In this document: piece after piece, positions 1 through 8,800 of the stretch
Numbering within the stretch: position 1 is the first letter of the stretch
How the letters are laid out: the number at the start of each line of letters is the position of its first letter
IMG/VR virus record: IMGVR_UViG_3300012007_000011
Span: 155 to 64,154 of that record
DNA: 64,000 nt
Origin: a virus
Taxonomy: Duplodnaviria > Heunggongvirae > Uroviricota > Caudoviricetes
Strand: one strand, 5' to 3'
The notes under the pieces: generated by a model
What the model was told of the DNA's origin: nothing
Seen by the model: the letters and a program-made list of their open reading frames with translations, nothing else
The model's database searches: none
Position numbers and translations under genes: made by a program

Positions 1-179
1 AAAGTCCGAATAATCATTGTGATTTTGAAAAAGTCTCAAATATTTCTTCATTTTAACTTTAATTTTGTTTAAACAATTATTTTTATCTACAATATAAATA
101 TTGCAATTTTTCTTTAAAAAACATTTGGTAGTTTAATTTTTTTGCACTATCTTTGTAAAAGAACAAGTGAAAGTATAGT

Positions 180-515
180 ATGGCAACAGAATATGAAGGT
201 TTAGAAACGGTCAGTTCATTTTTAGATAAACATCAAGAATTAAGAGATGATATAGTTAATTTGTGGCACATTGAGAAAATATTAACCAACGTACAACTCA
301 GATATCTTTACCTTGTATCATTAATCAGTTCTGACAATATATACGATTTTGAGACTGCTGAAAAGGCAATGGAAAAGATAACTTTTCTCAAACGAAACCT
401 ACATTATCTTAATTTGGATGATGATGTTTTAAAAGAGGTGAAAAGATATATAAACAAAGGTATAAGAATCATTAATAAGGAAATCAAGGAGTATCAAGAT
501 GAAGTTAGAGATTAA
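180..515 (+). CDS. hypothetical protein (111 aa)
   Basis: Long ORF, first in a + strand gene run; 3' end overlaps the next gene. Confidence 0.4.
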   Translation: MATEYEGLETVSSFLDKHQELRDDIVNLWHIEKILTNVQLRYLYLVSLISSDNIYDFETAEKAMEKITFLKRNLHYLNLDDDVLKEVKRYINKGIRIINKEIKEYQDEVRD

Positions 516-954
516 TAACATTCCGTCAAAAAGTAAAAATGTAACGGAAAAAGATAGGGAGATTATAAACCGTGCATTATTTTCATATCAGATTGTATTG
601 GGTCAATATGAGAAATATACAGATGAAATGAAACAAAAGGATTTGGAAAGACTTGCAAAGCAAAATAACCAAAATCCGCTTGATACATTGAATCCGTTTA
701 ATGTTGACCTTACTGAAGAGAAAACATATGAACCAACGTTTGAAGATACAAAGACGTTTGTATATTCCTCTTGGGCAGAAGCAATTGCAAATGTCAAAAC
801 ACCACGTATATGTGATGGCGCAAAGAAAAAAGGTATCAGAAGACAAGCGTTTAGGGACGTACAAAACGGTAAATATCTTACAAAAAAAGTGAGAGACGTT
901 ATGAATGATTTCATAACAAGACTATCAGTTGGTAAAACAGAAAATGAAAAATAA
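499..954 (+). CDS. hypothetical protein (151 aa)
   Basis: ORF coupled to the upstream gene; no recognisable motif. Confidence 0.4.
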   Translation: MKLEINNIPSKSKNVTEKDREIINRALFSYQIVLGQYEKYTDEMKQKDLERLAKQNNQNPLDTLNPFNVDLTEEKTYEPTFEDTKTFVYSSWAEAIANVKTPRICDGAKKKGIRRQAFRDVQNGKYLTKKVRDVMNDFITRLSVGKTENEK

Positions 955-987
955 ATTTATGTTAAATTTTAAAACGTTTTAAAAATT

Positions 988-1464
988 ATGAGAACATTAC
1001 AAGTAACTGGCCACATTGTGGCTGATGCAGAGAAGAAACTTAGCAAAAGCGGTAAGGAATATCTTACATTCAGAATTGCAAACAATGAGTTTAATGACGA
1101 AAAGGGACAGGACGGAAAGCAAAAACCATATTGGATTAGCGTAACGTCACTTAATCAGAGACATTTCAGCATGACTCAGTATCTCACAAAGGGAAAACCC
1201 GTAATTGTCGTAGGTGATTATAGTGACAGAATTTATCAGAACAGAGAAGGAAATTGCGAGATTTCACGTGACATCCTTGCAAATGCTATCTATTTCCTTC
1301 CTGGTAGCGGAGAGAATGGAAACAGTTCTTCAACACCGAAGACAACAGAAACACCATCAGTTCAGACAAAGATGGAAACACCAAAGCCCACAACAGCAGA
1401 AATTAAAGTGCCACCTGTAACAAGTGCTGTAAACAATAGTGACGATGACGATTTGCCATTCTAA
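988..1464 (+). CDS. ssb: single-stranded DNA-binding protein
   Basis: OB-fold-like N-terminal region, Gly/Ser/Pro/Thr-rich linker and acidic C-terminal tail DDDDLPF (SSB tail consensus DDDIPF). Confidence 0.7.
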   Translation: MRTLQVTGHIVADAEKKLSKSGKEYLTFRIANNEFNDEKGQDGKQKPYWISVTSLNQRHFSMTQYLTKGKPVIVVGDYSDRIYQNREGNCEISRDILANAIYFLPGSGENGNSSSTPKTTETPSVQTKMETPKPTTAEIKVPPVTSAVNNSDDDDLPF

Positions 1465-1485
1465 TAGACACATAATGAAATATAA

Positions 1486-1520
1486 AAGGTGATAAACATT
1501 TAATTATCACCTTTTTATTT
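1486..1520. terminator. bidirectional rho-independent terminator
   Basis: AAGGTGATAA..loop..TTATCACCTT hairpin flanked by an A-run and a T-run, between convergent genes. Confidence 0.6.
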
Positions 1521-1526
1521 TGTATT

Positions 1527-2005
1527 TTATTTACCGTTCCATATATAATATGTTTGATAAGTCACATCTTCATTATTAATATTGAAAGTAATTGTAATTA
1601 CCCAATTAGTTGTTTTAGAAATAGTTGATGATAAATTACAGTTCCAGTTAATACCGTCTTCGCTTGTTGCTGATGCAGATTCCTTTAATTCTCCTGGTCC
1701 TAACATATTATCATTTTCATCATATTGTGGATAATGAATACTAATAATTGGATTATTAGCATTTACTGCACCGAGCATTGTCATAGTAAAAGGATTGTCA
1801 AAGAATGTAGTAGAATTACCGGTAATAAAAGGTACATTATAACCGTTTATTTGTGTAATTTTTTGTACCCAAGGATTGTAGTGTACCTCATTCTCAGTGA
1901 TACAGTGTGATACATTAGGTGTTATAAATGGGGTATCTCCCCCCCCCCCCCAATAAACGTTTCGTATTGGGTGTGTTCGTTAAAAAGTTTTAAATAATTT
2001 GCCAT
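1527..2005 (-). CDS. poly-G-interrupted adhesin-like gene (locus A), out of frame in this sequence; conserved 26-aa N-terminal module MANYLKLFNEHTQYETFIGGGG then a stop
   Basis: ATG at 2005 (- strand) opens a frame that runs into a G13 tract (C13 on + strand, 1939..1951) and stops at 1922..1924. The downstream 85-aa ORF (1527..1784) lies in the frame reached by adding 1 G (or removing 2). Paralogous to 11033..11619. Confidence 0.55.
1876..2005 (-). repeat. ~130-bp conserved 5' module shared with 11490..11619
   Basis: About 80-85% nucleotide identity from the ATG through the poly-G tract and ~80 bp beyond; similarity ends where the C-terminal domains diverge. Confidence 0.8.
1939..1951 (-). 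repeat. homopolymeric G13 tract (C13 on + strand) inside the coding sequence
   Basis: Counted directly; encodes the Gly run of FIGGGG; run length is 1 mod 3, which is the OFF state. Confidence 0.9.
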
Positions 2006-2071
2006 TATGTGTTTTTCTATATGAAATTAATTTTATCTTTTTCTATATAAATATCTGAATTTATTTTGAAA

Positions 2072-2095
2072 TTTGGGTGAAATGCACTATATTTG
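2072..2095 (+). promoter_or_regulatory. Bacteroidetes-type promoter (-7 TATATTTG at 2088..2095)
   Basis: TAnnTTTG motif ~35 bp upstream of the ATG at 2132; the nearest upstream TTTG (2072..2075) is only 12 bp away, so the -33 spacing is atypical. Confidence 0.4.
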
Positions 2096-2131
2096 CAACA
2101 AAGAATAACATAATATTTTTTAAATTGATAT

Positions 2132-2740
2132 ATGTTTAAACATAAATGTTATATAAGGAAAAATAATGAATTTCTCCGTGAAACATTAAAGAAATTGGGT
2201 TATAGTGAGTTTGCCCCCAATGATAAAGATACAATAATTGCCACTTTTGACGGACATGATACAAATTATTTTACGACAATAGATAAAGAAAGTATCAATA
2301 ATTTGGGTAATATGTTTATTGATTGCGGTACTTCTGAAACTTTATTCCTTGGTATTGCTTCAATTACGGATGAACATGATAAGTTTCAGTTTTTCACAAC
2401 ATTAGCCGATAGACATTGGTATAATTTGGGAACATATAGTCCAAAGGGTAGTCTTGAATTTTGCATGGTTACGGACAGACATATGGGACAACACCCATTG
2501 TTTGACAATATGACCGTGCCTGCAAAGAAATCAACCATTGAAGAACTTATGGCGAATTTCAAGGACAAGGAAGAGGACACTGAATTTTACAGCAAGATAC
2601 CAAATGAACGATGGAAAAAAGACATATATGACTTTGAATACTATCCACTTACAGAAGAGGAAAAGAAAGAGATAAATGAACTTTTAACCAAAGATGAAAA
2701 CATTGAATGTATATTCAGTTCAGCAAGTACTGAAGATTAA
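2132..2740 (+). CDS. hypothetical protein (202 aa)
   Basis: ORF downstream of the 2072..2095 promoter. Confidence 0.5.
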   Translation: MFKHKCYIRKNNEFLRETLKKLGYSEFAPNDKDTIIATFDGHDTNYFTTIDKESINNLGNMFIDCGTSETLFLGIASITDEHDKFQFFTTLADRHWYNLGTYSPKGSLEFCMVTDRHMGQHPLFDNMTVPAKKSTIEELMANFKDKEEDTEFYSKIPNERWKKDIYDFEYYPLTEEEKKEINELLTKDENIECIFSSASTED

Positions 2741-2814
2741 CTATTTTTAACATTATTTTCTTGGTTTATATAAAAAAATATTATTACTTTTGCAAAGTAA
2801 AATAGAGACAAAAT

Positions 2815-3057
2815 ATGCAGAAGAGGAAAATTGTAAAAGTAACTTATAAAAATGGCAAAGTTGACTATAAGGTAAAAAAGAGAATTTTTCCGTTTATTTG
2901 GATAACGGATTCCTATGACTATTGGTATGGTCCTGGTATTTGTGAAGTCGTATGTAGACATATGACACTGAAACAGGCGGAAAACTACATGGAATGCATT
3001 AGGAAAAAGGAAGATGAGCGGAAAGGTTCAAAAATAATAGAGGAAACTGATTTGTAA
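2815..3057 (+). CDS. hypothetical protein (80 aa)
   Basis: ORF after a TTTGCAAAG promoter-like motif at ~2795. Confidence 0.4.
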   Translation: MQKRKIVKVTYKNGKVDYKVKKRIFPFIWITDSYDYWYGPGICEVVCRHMTLKQAENYMECIRKKEDERKGSKIIEETDL

Positions 3058-3058
3058 T

Positions 3059-3604
3059 ATGGCAAAGATACATTATATCATAGGTGATGCAACACTTCCT
3101 ATTGAGACAGAAGCAGAGAACAGACTAATAGTTCATTGTTGCAATACGCTTGGTGCTTGGGGTGCGGGTTTTGTTGTTCCTCTTGGCAGACGTTATCCAT
3201 TGGCAAAAGAAAAGTATAAGAAGTTCATTGAGGAAAATAAGGGTAAATCCATTTTGGGTGAAGTGAACGAAGTACCTGTTGGGGAACATCTGTATGTTGA
3301 AAACCTTATTGGTCAGAGTTTTCTTTATAAGAAGCCAAATGGTGAAATACCTTGTAATTATATTGCAATTGAAACGGGTTTTCTCAACATAATAAGAAAA
3401 TGGTTTTCATATAACTCAACGATACACAAGGATAAGCAAAACTTTTCAATTCATATGCCACGTATAGGTTGTGGTCTTGCTGGTGGTGATTGGAAAACAA
3501 TTGAAGAAATTATATATAGAACATTCATTGATATTGCCGATGTGGATGTATATGTGTATGATTTAAAGGAACAAAAAGATACCATTTATGATAACAGAGG
3601 ATAA
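3059..3604 (+). CDS. Macro-domain protein (ADP-ribose binding/hydrolase fold)
   Basis: IIGDATLPIETEAENRLIVHCCNTLGAWGAGFV matches the macro-domain core GDIT..DAIVNAAN..L..GGGV; the later GCGLAGG motif matches; 181 aa is the right size. Confidence 0.5.
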   Translation: MAKIHYIIGDATLPIETEAENRLIVHCCNTLGAWGAGFVVPLGRRYPLAKEKYKKFIEENKGKSILGEVNEVPVGEHLYVENLIGQSFLYKKPNGEIPCNYIAIETGFLNIIRKWFSYNSTIHKDKQNFSIHMPRIGCGLAGGDWKTIEEIIYRTFIDIADVDVYVYDLKEQKDTIYDNRG

Positions 3605-3857
3605 GATAAAGGATATAATTCTAACAATGATTGAGAACAACATGTTGGATAGTACACGTATCTTTGACAAAGAATATGTCTTGGAGAGAGTTAATTCATA
3701 TATTAAATCAGCCAACATGGTACGTTCAATGATGAACATGCCACTATTATAAAAAACACAAAAAATATGAAGTTTAAGAAGGCAATGTATATTTTCATAC
3801 TTTTTCTGTTATTGTAATATTTATAATAAAAAGAAATAATATTTTAACATTTAAAGT

Positions 3858-5000
3858 ATGGCAAAAAAATTAACAACTGAAGAGTTTGTACAAAGAGCGA
3901 GAAAGGTACATGGTAATAAATACGATTATTCGAAAGTGGAGTACTTAAATAATAGGACAAAGGTATGTATAATTTGTCCCGAACATGGAGAGTTTTGGCA
4001 AACACCTGATAGTCATATGTCAGGGAATAAATGCCCAAAGTGTTCTGGAACCAAGAAATTAACAACAGAAGAATTTATAGAACAAGCAAGAAAGATTCAT
4101 GGAAATAAATATGATTATTCAAAAGTTGAATATATTAACAATCATAGCAAAGTATGCATCATATGTCCAGAACATGGAGAGTTTTGGCAAACACCAATAA
4201 ACCATTGTTCAAAAAATAATCATAATGGATGTCCAATATGTGCAAAAACAATAATTGGTAATAAATTAAGAAAAAATAATTCATGTTTTATTGAAAAAGC
4301 AAGAGAAGTACATGGTGATAAATATGATTATTCAAAGGTCGAATATATAAATAACAGAACAAAGGTTTGTATAATTTGTCCTAAACATGGAGAGTTTTGG
4401 CAAACACCTGTCAATCATTTAAAAGGTCATAATTGCCCTAAATGTATTGGAAGGGGTGCATATAAATTAACAACAGAAGAGTTTATTGAAAAAGCAAAAC
4501 AAATACATGGTGATAAATATGACTACTCAAAGGTCAAATATGTAAATGCAAAAACCAAAGTTTGTATAATCTGTCCGGAACATGGAGAGTTTTGGCAAAC
4601 ACCAACCAGTCATATTGATGGAAAATGTGGATGTCCAGATTGTAATAAATTATTCAATGAAAAGAAAATAGGCGTTTTTCTAAATGAAAATGGAATTAGA
4701 TATATAAAACAAAAAACATTTAAATGGTTAGGTAAATTAAGGTTGGATTATTATTTAGTAGATTATAATATAGCAATCGAATATCAAGGCGAACAACATT
4801 TTCACTCAGTAAAATATTTTGGTGGTAATAAAAGATTTATTGATAGAATAGAGAGAGATAAAAGAAAAAAAGAATTGTGTGATAAAAATAATGTAAAAAT
4901 ATTATATGTATCGTTTTATAAAAAACCAACATATGATGTTATAAATAATTTTAAAGATTTGTTATATGAAATTCAAAGAAATATTTACAGAAAATTATAG
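3858..5000 (+). CDS. homing-endonuclease-like protein: 4 tandem zinc-ribbon modules plus a Vsr/PD-(D/E)XK-like nuclease C-terminus
   Basis: Four ~48-aa repeats of KYDYSKVEY.NN.TKVCIICPEHGEFWQTP..H..G..CP.C; the C-terminus LDYYLVDYNIAIEYQGEQHF resembles the Vsr/DUF559 nuclease core. Paralogous to 33001..33996. Confidence 0.6.
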   Translation: MAKKLTTEEFVQRARKVHGNKYDYSKVEYLNNRTKVCIICPEHGEFWQTPDSHMSGNKCPKCSGTKKLTTEEFIEQARKIHGNKYDYSKVEYINNHSKVCIICPEHGEFWQTPINHCSKNNHNGCPICAKTIIGNKLRKNNSCFIEKAREVHGDKYDYSKVEYINNRTKVCIICPKHGEFWQTPVNHLKGHNCPKCIGRGAYKLTTEEFIEKAKQIHGDKYDYSKVKYVNAKTKVCIICPEHGEFWQTPTSHIDGKCGCPDCNKLFNEKKIGVFLNENGIRYIKQKTFKWLGKLRLDYYLVDYNIAIEYQGEQHFHSVKYFGGNKRFIDRIERDKRKKELCDKNNVKILYVSFYKKPTYDVINNFKDLLYEIQRNIYRKL

Positions 5001-6375
5001 CGTTAATTGGGATTTCCTATTAACAATATCGCCATTTTCAAAAATGGTTAATTTAGAACAAAACAAGGAGTGGCATAAGGAAGATTGTTGGAAACATACA
5101 GTACTGGTTACACAAGAAATGGAAAAATTACTTAAAAGAAATCTTATTGAGAGAGGTTCTGAGAATTGGGTTATGTGTATGGCTGCTGCCTTGTGTCACG
5201 ATTTGGGAAAGGCTGATACAACCAAATGGTCTGAGGAAAAAAATGATTGGACAACAAAGAATCATGGTGTTGTCGGTGAGAGGATTACACGTCATCTTTT
5301 CTATGATGAAAACATTGTTTTAAGGGAAAAGGTATGTTATATGGTACGTCACCATATGACACTTCATCATGTATATGACAAACCAGAGGAAACAAATAAA
5401 AGGTTGATAAAATTATCACATGGTATTGTTGAAATGAGATTTATGATTTTATTGAACATTGCAGATTCGTTAGGCTCATACAATGATATAGAAACTGAAG
5501 ATAGTATTTATGACAAAGAGATGAAACTTATTAACGATGTAAGTTGTCTGCGTTGTTATCAGAAACCTTATTCTTTTATTGATAAGTCGCAACTGATTAG
5601 GAATTTCATTGACTATACTGGTGAAGTTATAAACGATAGAAATGACTTTTGTGTTTATATTCTTTGTGGTTTTCCTGGTTGTGGTAAAAGTACGTATTAT
5701 AATATGTTTCTTAATTCAAAACCTATTATATCAAGAGATATAATTCGTGGTGAGTTAGGTATTGACGGTGCAACCACAACCAACGACAAAAAAGTTGTTG
5801 GTACAAGGGAAGAGGAAGATAAAGTATCTGAAATTTTTAATAAGAAAATGATTGAATATTGTGAAAATAAGGAAAGTTTTGTTCTTGACAATACTAATCT
5901 TAAATATCAATATCGTAAAGATTATCTGTTAAAAATAATGAAATATAATCCTAAAGTGAAGATTATATATATTGAAGCACCGAATTACATTAAGGACTGT
6001 ATTGACAGAAGAAAGGGTGAGATACCGAAGAGAGTCTATGACAGAATGGAGAATAATTTTGATTTTCCACAATTGTATGAATGTGATGAGTTAACAATTG
6101 TTAAACAAGTGACAATAGAACAAGACAATGTATTTGTGTTTAAAGGCGATTTTACACCTGATTTGATATGTAATACTAATACCGTTAATGGGCGTGATTA
6201 TATATCAAAAGTAAAAGTACTAAATGATTTGTACATAACAAGAGGCGCAATGATATTGGATGGCTATGAATGTTATGACAGTTGTGTCAAATATATGGAT
6301 GAATTAATCAGCACATATAAGAACATGTTTGACTATACCGAACTGTTTGGTGAAATACCCTTAAAAAATGATTAA
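4966..6375 (+). CDS. HD-phosphohydrolase fused to a T4-Pnk-like polynucleotide 5'-kinase
   Basis: N-terminus has H..HD (HTVLV...ALCHDLGKADT) plus further His clusters. C-terminus has Walker A GFPGCGKST, IISRDIIR, and VLDNTNL matching T4 Pnk GCPGSGKST...ISDTNLNPERR. The true start may be the ATG at 5044. Confidence 0.6.
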   Translation: MKFKEIFTENYSVNWDFLLTISPFSKMVNLEQNKEWHKEDCWKHTVLVTQEMEKLLKRNLIERGSENWVMCMAAALCHDLGKADTTKWSEEKNDWTTKNHGVVGERITRHLFYDENIVLREKVCYMVRHHMTLHHVYDKPEETNKRLIKLSHGIVEMRFMILLNIADSLGSYNDIETEDSIYDKEMKLINDVSCLRCYQKPYSFIDKSQLIRNFIDYTGEVINDRNDFCVYILCGFPGCGKSTYYNMFLNSKPIISRDIIRGELGIDGATTTNDKKVVGTREEEDKVSEIFNKKMIEYCENKESFVLDNTNLKYQYRKDYLLKIMKYNPKVKIIYIEAPNYIKDCIDRRKGEIPKRVYDRMENNFDFPQLYECDELTIVKQVTIEQDNVFVFKGDFTPDLICNTNTVNGRDYISKVKVLNDLYITRGAMILDGYECYDSCVKYMDELISTYKNMFDYTELFGEIPLKND

Positions 6376-6378
6376 TAT

Positions 6379-6672
6379 ATGGCTTGGTTTGAAATAAACG
6401 GAAATCGCATTGTAAGCAAAGATTACAACCCTTGGAGTGCGGATAATAGTGCTGTGTGGGGCTTATATATAGGTGGTAGGTGGTGTTTGGACTACACTTG
6501 GAAACTTATGTTTGGTATATCAACTGATGATTGGAATAACAGATGCAGCAACATTAAAACCGACAATGATTTTTACAATTTCTGTGAGTGGTTGGGGGTA
6601 TACTATAAAAAGGATGGTGTCATATATAGATGTGGTGAAAAATATAATGAATATGGTGAAAAGTTAAAATAA
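6379..6672 (+). CDS. hypothetical protein (97 aa, Trp-rich)
   Basis: ORF. Confidence 0.4.
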   Translation: MAWFEINGNRIVSKDYNPWSADNSAVWGLYIGGRWCLDYTWKLMFGISTDDWNNRCSNIKTDNDFYNFCEWLGVYYKKDGVIYRCGEKYNEYGEKLK

Positions 6673-6678
6673 AAAAAA

Positions 6679-6936
6679 ATGAAAGAAGAAAAATATAAAA
6701 GAGCCGTTGAGATAAAAGATAAAATTTACTCATTACAGAAAAACCTTGAAGACTTAAAAGGCGGCCATTGGGACAAAACCCGTATCGAACTTAAAACAGG
6801 TTATTCCGACATGGGAATGGATTTTACGGTTTCAACAACATTTGACGAGGAAATTGGATATAAAATTCGTGATTTTATAAATGACACGATTAACAGTAAA
6901 ATTGCTGAATTGGAAAATGAGTTTGAAAATTTATAG
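6679..6936 (+). CDS. hypothetical protein (85 aa, coiled-coil)
   Basis: ORF. Confidence 0.4.
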   Translation: MKEEKYKRAVEIKDKIYSLQKNLEDLKGGHWDKTRIELKTGYSDMGMDFTVSTTFDEEIGYKIRDFINDTINSKIAELENEFENL

Positions 6937-6943
6937 GTATTTT

Positions 6944-7783
6944 ATGGAAAAGATAGAAAAATGGATACCACAAGTGGGTGATACTGTTAGGTTAAAAGGT
7001 ACTGAAAAGCCATTGTATCATTTATGTGGAATAACAAATTATGGTATGTTTTCATTTGTACAAGAAATGGAAAATGGTATTGCTGGTGGTGAGGTTTCTG
7101 AATATAGTTTACTTAGGAACTATGAACTTGTGGAACGCCCACAAAAATTAGAGGATTTCTTAAATGATATGATAACAAAGCCAATTTTGGAAAATATGAA
7201 TAAAACAAGATTTGAAAAATTTGGGAATGTGATGATAGATTTGGAAACACTATCAACGCACAACAATGCTGCCATTATAGAGATTGGTGCTGTTGAGTTT
7301 AATAAATATACGGGTGAGGTTGGCGAGAAGTTCAATGTAATTATTGACCCAAAGGATTGGTGTAAAAATGATAGACACGTTGACGGTGAAACAATTCAGT
7401 GGTGGTTTAACCAGACAAATGAAGCAAGAAAAAGATTTACACGCAAAAATAATGCGTATGTTACACTTAAGCAAGCGTTATGGCAATTGAGATATTTCAT
7501 TATGGATTGTGACACTGTTGATGATGATAAAGATGTTGTTGTATGGGGAAACGGTGCAACAATGGACATTAGCATATTAGAAAGTGCATTCAATTATTTC
7601 GACATAGAAGTACCTTGGAAATTTTGGGCAGTGAATGATGTAAGAACTATTGTTGACCTTAATCCGTCAATTAAGAAGAATTGTGAATTTGATTGTGGTG
7701 TTCGGCATAGTGCTATTGCTGATTGTCTCTATCAGATAAAATATACAACAGATACCATAAAATCATTAAAACTGAAATCATGA
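6944..7783 (+). CDS. DEDDh-family 3'-5' exonuclease (DnaQ-like)
   Basis: MIDLETLS (Exo I D.E), a conserved acidic motif, and HSAIADC (Exo III H...D). Start taken at the first ATG after the upstream stop. Confidence 0.65.
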   Translation: MEKIEKWIPQVGDTVRLKGTEKPLYHLCGITNYGMFSFVQEMENGIAGGEVSEYSLLRNYELVERPQKLEDFLNDMITKPILENMNKTRFEKFGNVMIDLETLSTHNNAAIIEIGAVEFNKYTGEVGEKFNVIIDPKDWCKNDRHVDGETIQWWFNQTNEARKRFTRKNNAYVTLKQALWQLRYFIMDCDTVDDDKDVVVWGNGATMDISILESAFNYFDIEVPWKFWAVNDVRTIVDLNPSIKKNCEFDCGVRHSAIADCLYQIKYTTDTIKSLKLKS

Positions 7784-8430
7784 CATTAAAAGACTTGAAG
7801 CCATTTATTGAGAAGTTGGGGGAATATGATAAGATTTGTATTTTCGATAAAAAAGAAGGCTTTCTTATTGATACAATATATATTAACCCTATTGACAATA
7901 AACTTTATGAATATATTAGTATTTTTTATCAACATAAAGTTGACTATGATAAAACTCCTTATTTTTTAAGGAATTATAAATATGAGGATGTTGAAATAAA
8001 GATATTATCAATGAAAGAATGGTGTGCATTTGTGCGGAAACGTAATTATGATTCATTTATGGAAGCATTAAATGATACAAAAGGAATATACTTTTGGAGA
8101 AATGGTATGAATAACGCTAAATTAATATACAATCAGATTATTACAGACCAAGGAAAATTTGTGTCATTTGGTTTGTTTAAAAACGATGAAGACGAAAAAT
8201 ATAAGGGTGTCCTTTTATCGGTATGCGCAAGTGACGAGGATTATTATTATGTGTATTTAAAGGAAGATAATACTATAGGTCTAATGACTTGTGTCGGTTG
8301 CTATAAAGTAACAGACGAGAATTACCAAACAAAGATATCTGATAAAGAAATAGCAAAAATGTTAAGTGATAAATTTGATTCTGACACAAGTTTGGACGCA
8401 TTGATATATCGTGGAAAATACTCCATTTAA
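7780..8430 (+). CDS. hypothetical protein (~216 aa)
   Basis: ORF with an ATGA overlap onto the exonuclease gene. Confidence 0.45.
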   Translation: MTLKDLKPFIEKLGEYDKICIFDKKEGFLIDTIYINPIDNKLYEYISIFYQHKVDYDKTPYFLRNYKYEDVEIKILSMKEWCAFVRKRNYDSFMEALNDTKGIYFWRNGMNNAKLIYNQIITDQGKFVSFGLFKNDEDEKYKGVLLSVCASDEDYYYVYLKEDNTIGLMTCVGCYKVTDENYQTKISDKEIAKMLSDKFDSDTSLDALIYRGKYSI

Positions 8431-8449
8431 GTATTTTTAACATAAAGTA

Positions 8450-8481
8450 TTTGGTTAATGCAAATAAAAATATTAGTTTTG
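8450..8481 (+). promoter_or_regulatory. Bacteroidetes sigma-A type promoter (TTTG-N20-TAGTTTTG)
   Basis: -33 TTTG at 8450..8453, -7 TAnnTTTG at 8474..8481; part of the conserved TTTTTAAC..ATTTGG module. Confidence 0.6.
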
Positions 8482-8518
8482 TAAATGTAAAATAACTTTG
8501 AATAAAATTTGAATAACT

Positions 8519-8770
8519 ATGGGAATTTTTAATAAAAAGAAAGTAGAAAATGTAATATCTGTTGAGGGTTATGCAGATGATTTATATGAAATAAGTAAGA
8601 ATGGCGAGATGAAACAGACAAGATTGTTCTATGTAATTCCTGAGAATCTTGAAGAGAATCAAGAAACAATGGACTTATGTATTACTTCGACTAATCCATA
8701 TCATTCGTTTCCGATTTTTGATAATCTATTGGGTAAGAAAATTAGAATTACAGTTGACATTATTGATTAA
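8519..8770 (+). CDS. hypothetical protein (83 aa)
   Basis: ORF after the promoter. Confidence 0.45.
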   Translation: MGIFNKKKVENVISVEGYADDLYEISKNGEMKQTRLFYVIPENLEENQETMDLCITSTNPYHSFPIFDNLLGKKIRITVDIID

Positions 8771-8800
8771 ACAGAACTATTTATAGACAGTATCAAAAAA

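Noticed and set aside
583-914. Antisense or overlapping ORFs in the six-frame track (583..864 -, 603..914 -, 701..892 +, and many similar ones throughout, for example 12387..12602, 17018..17239, 25479..25886, 44316..44537).
   Set aside because: They lie inside longer same-region ORFs that have motif support or better coding context. They are typical AT-rich antisense artefacts.
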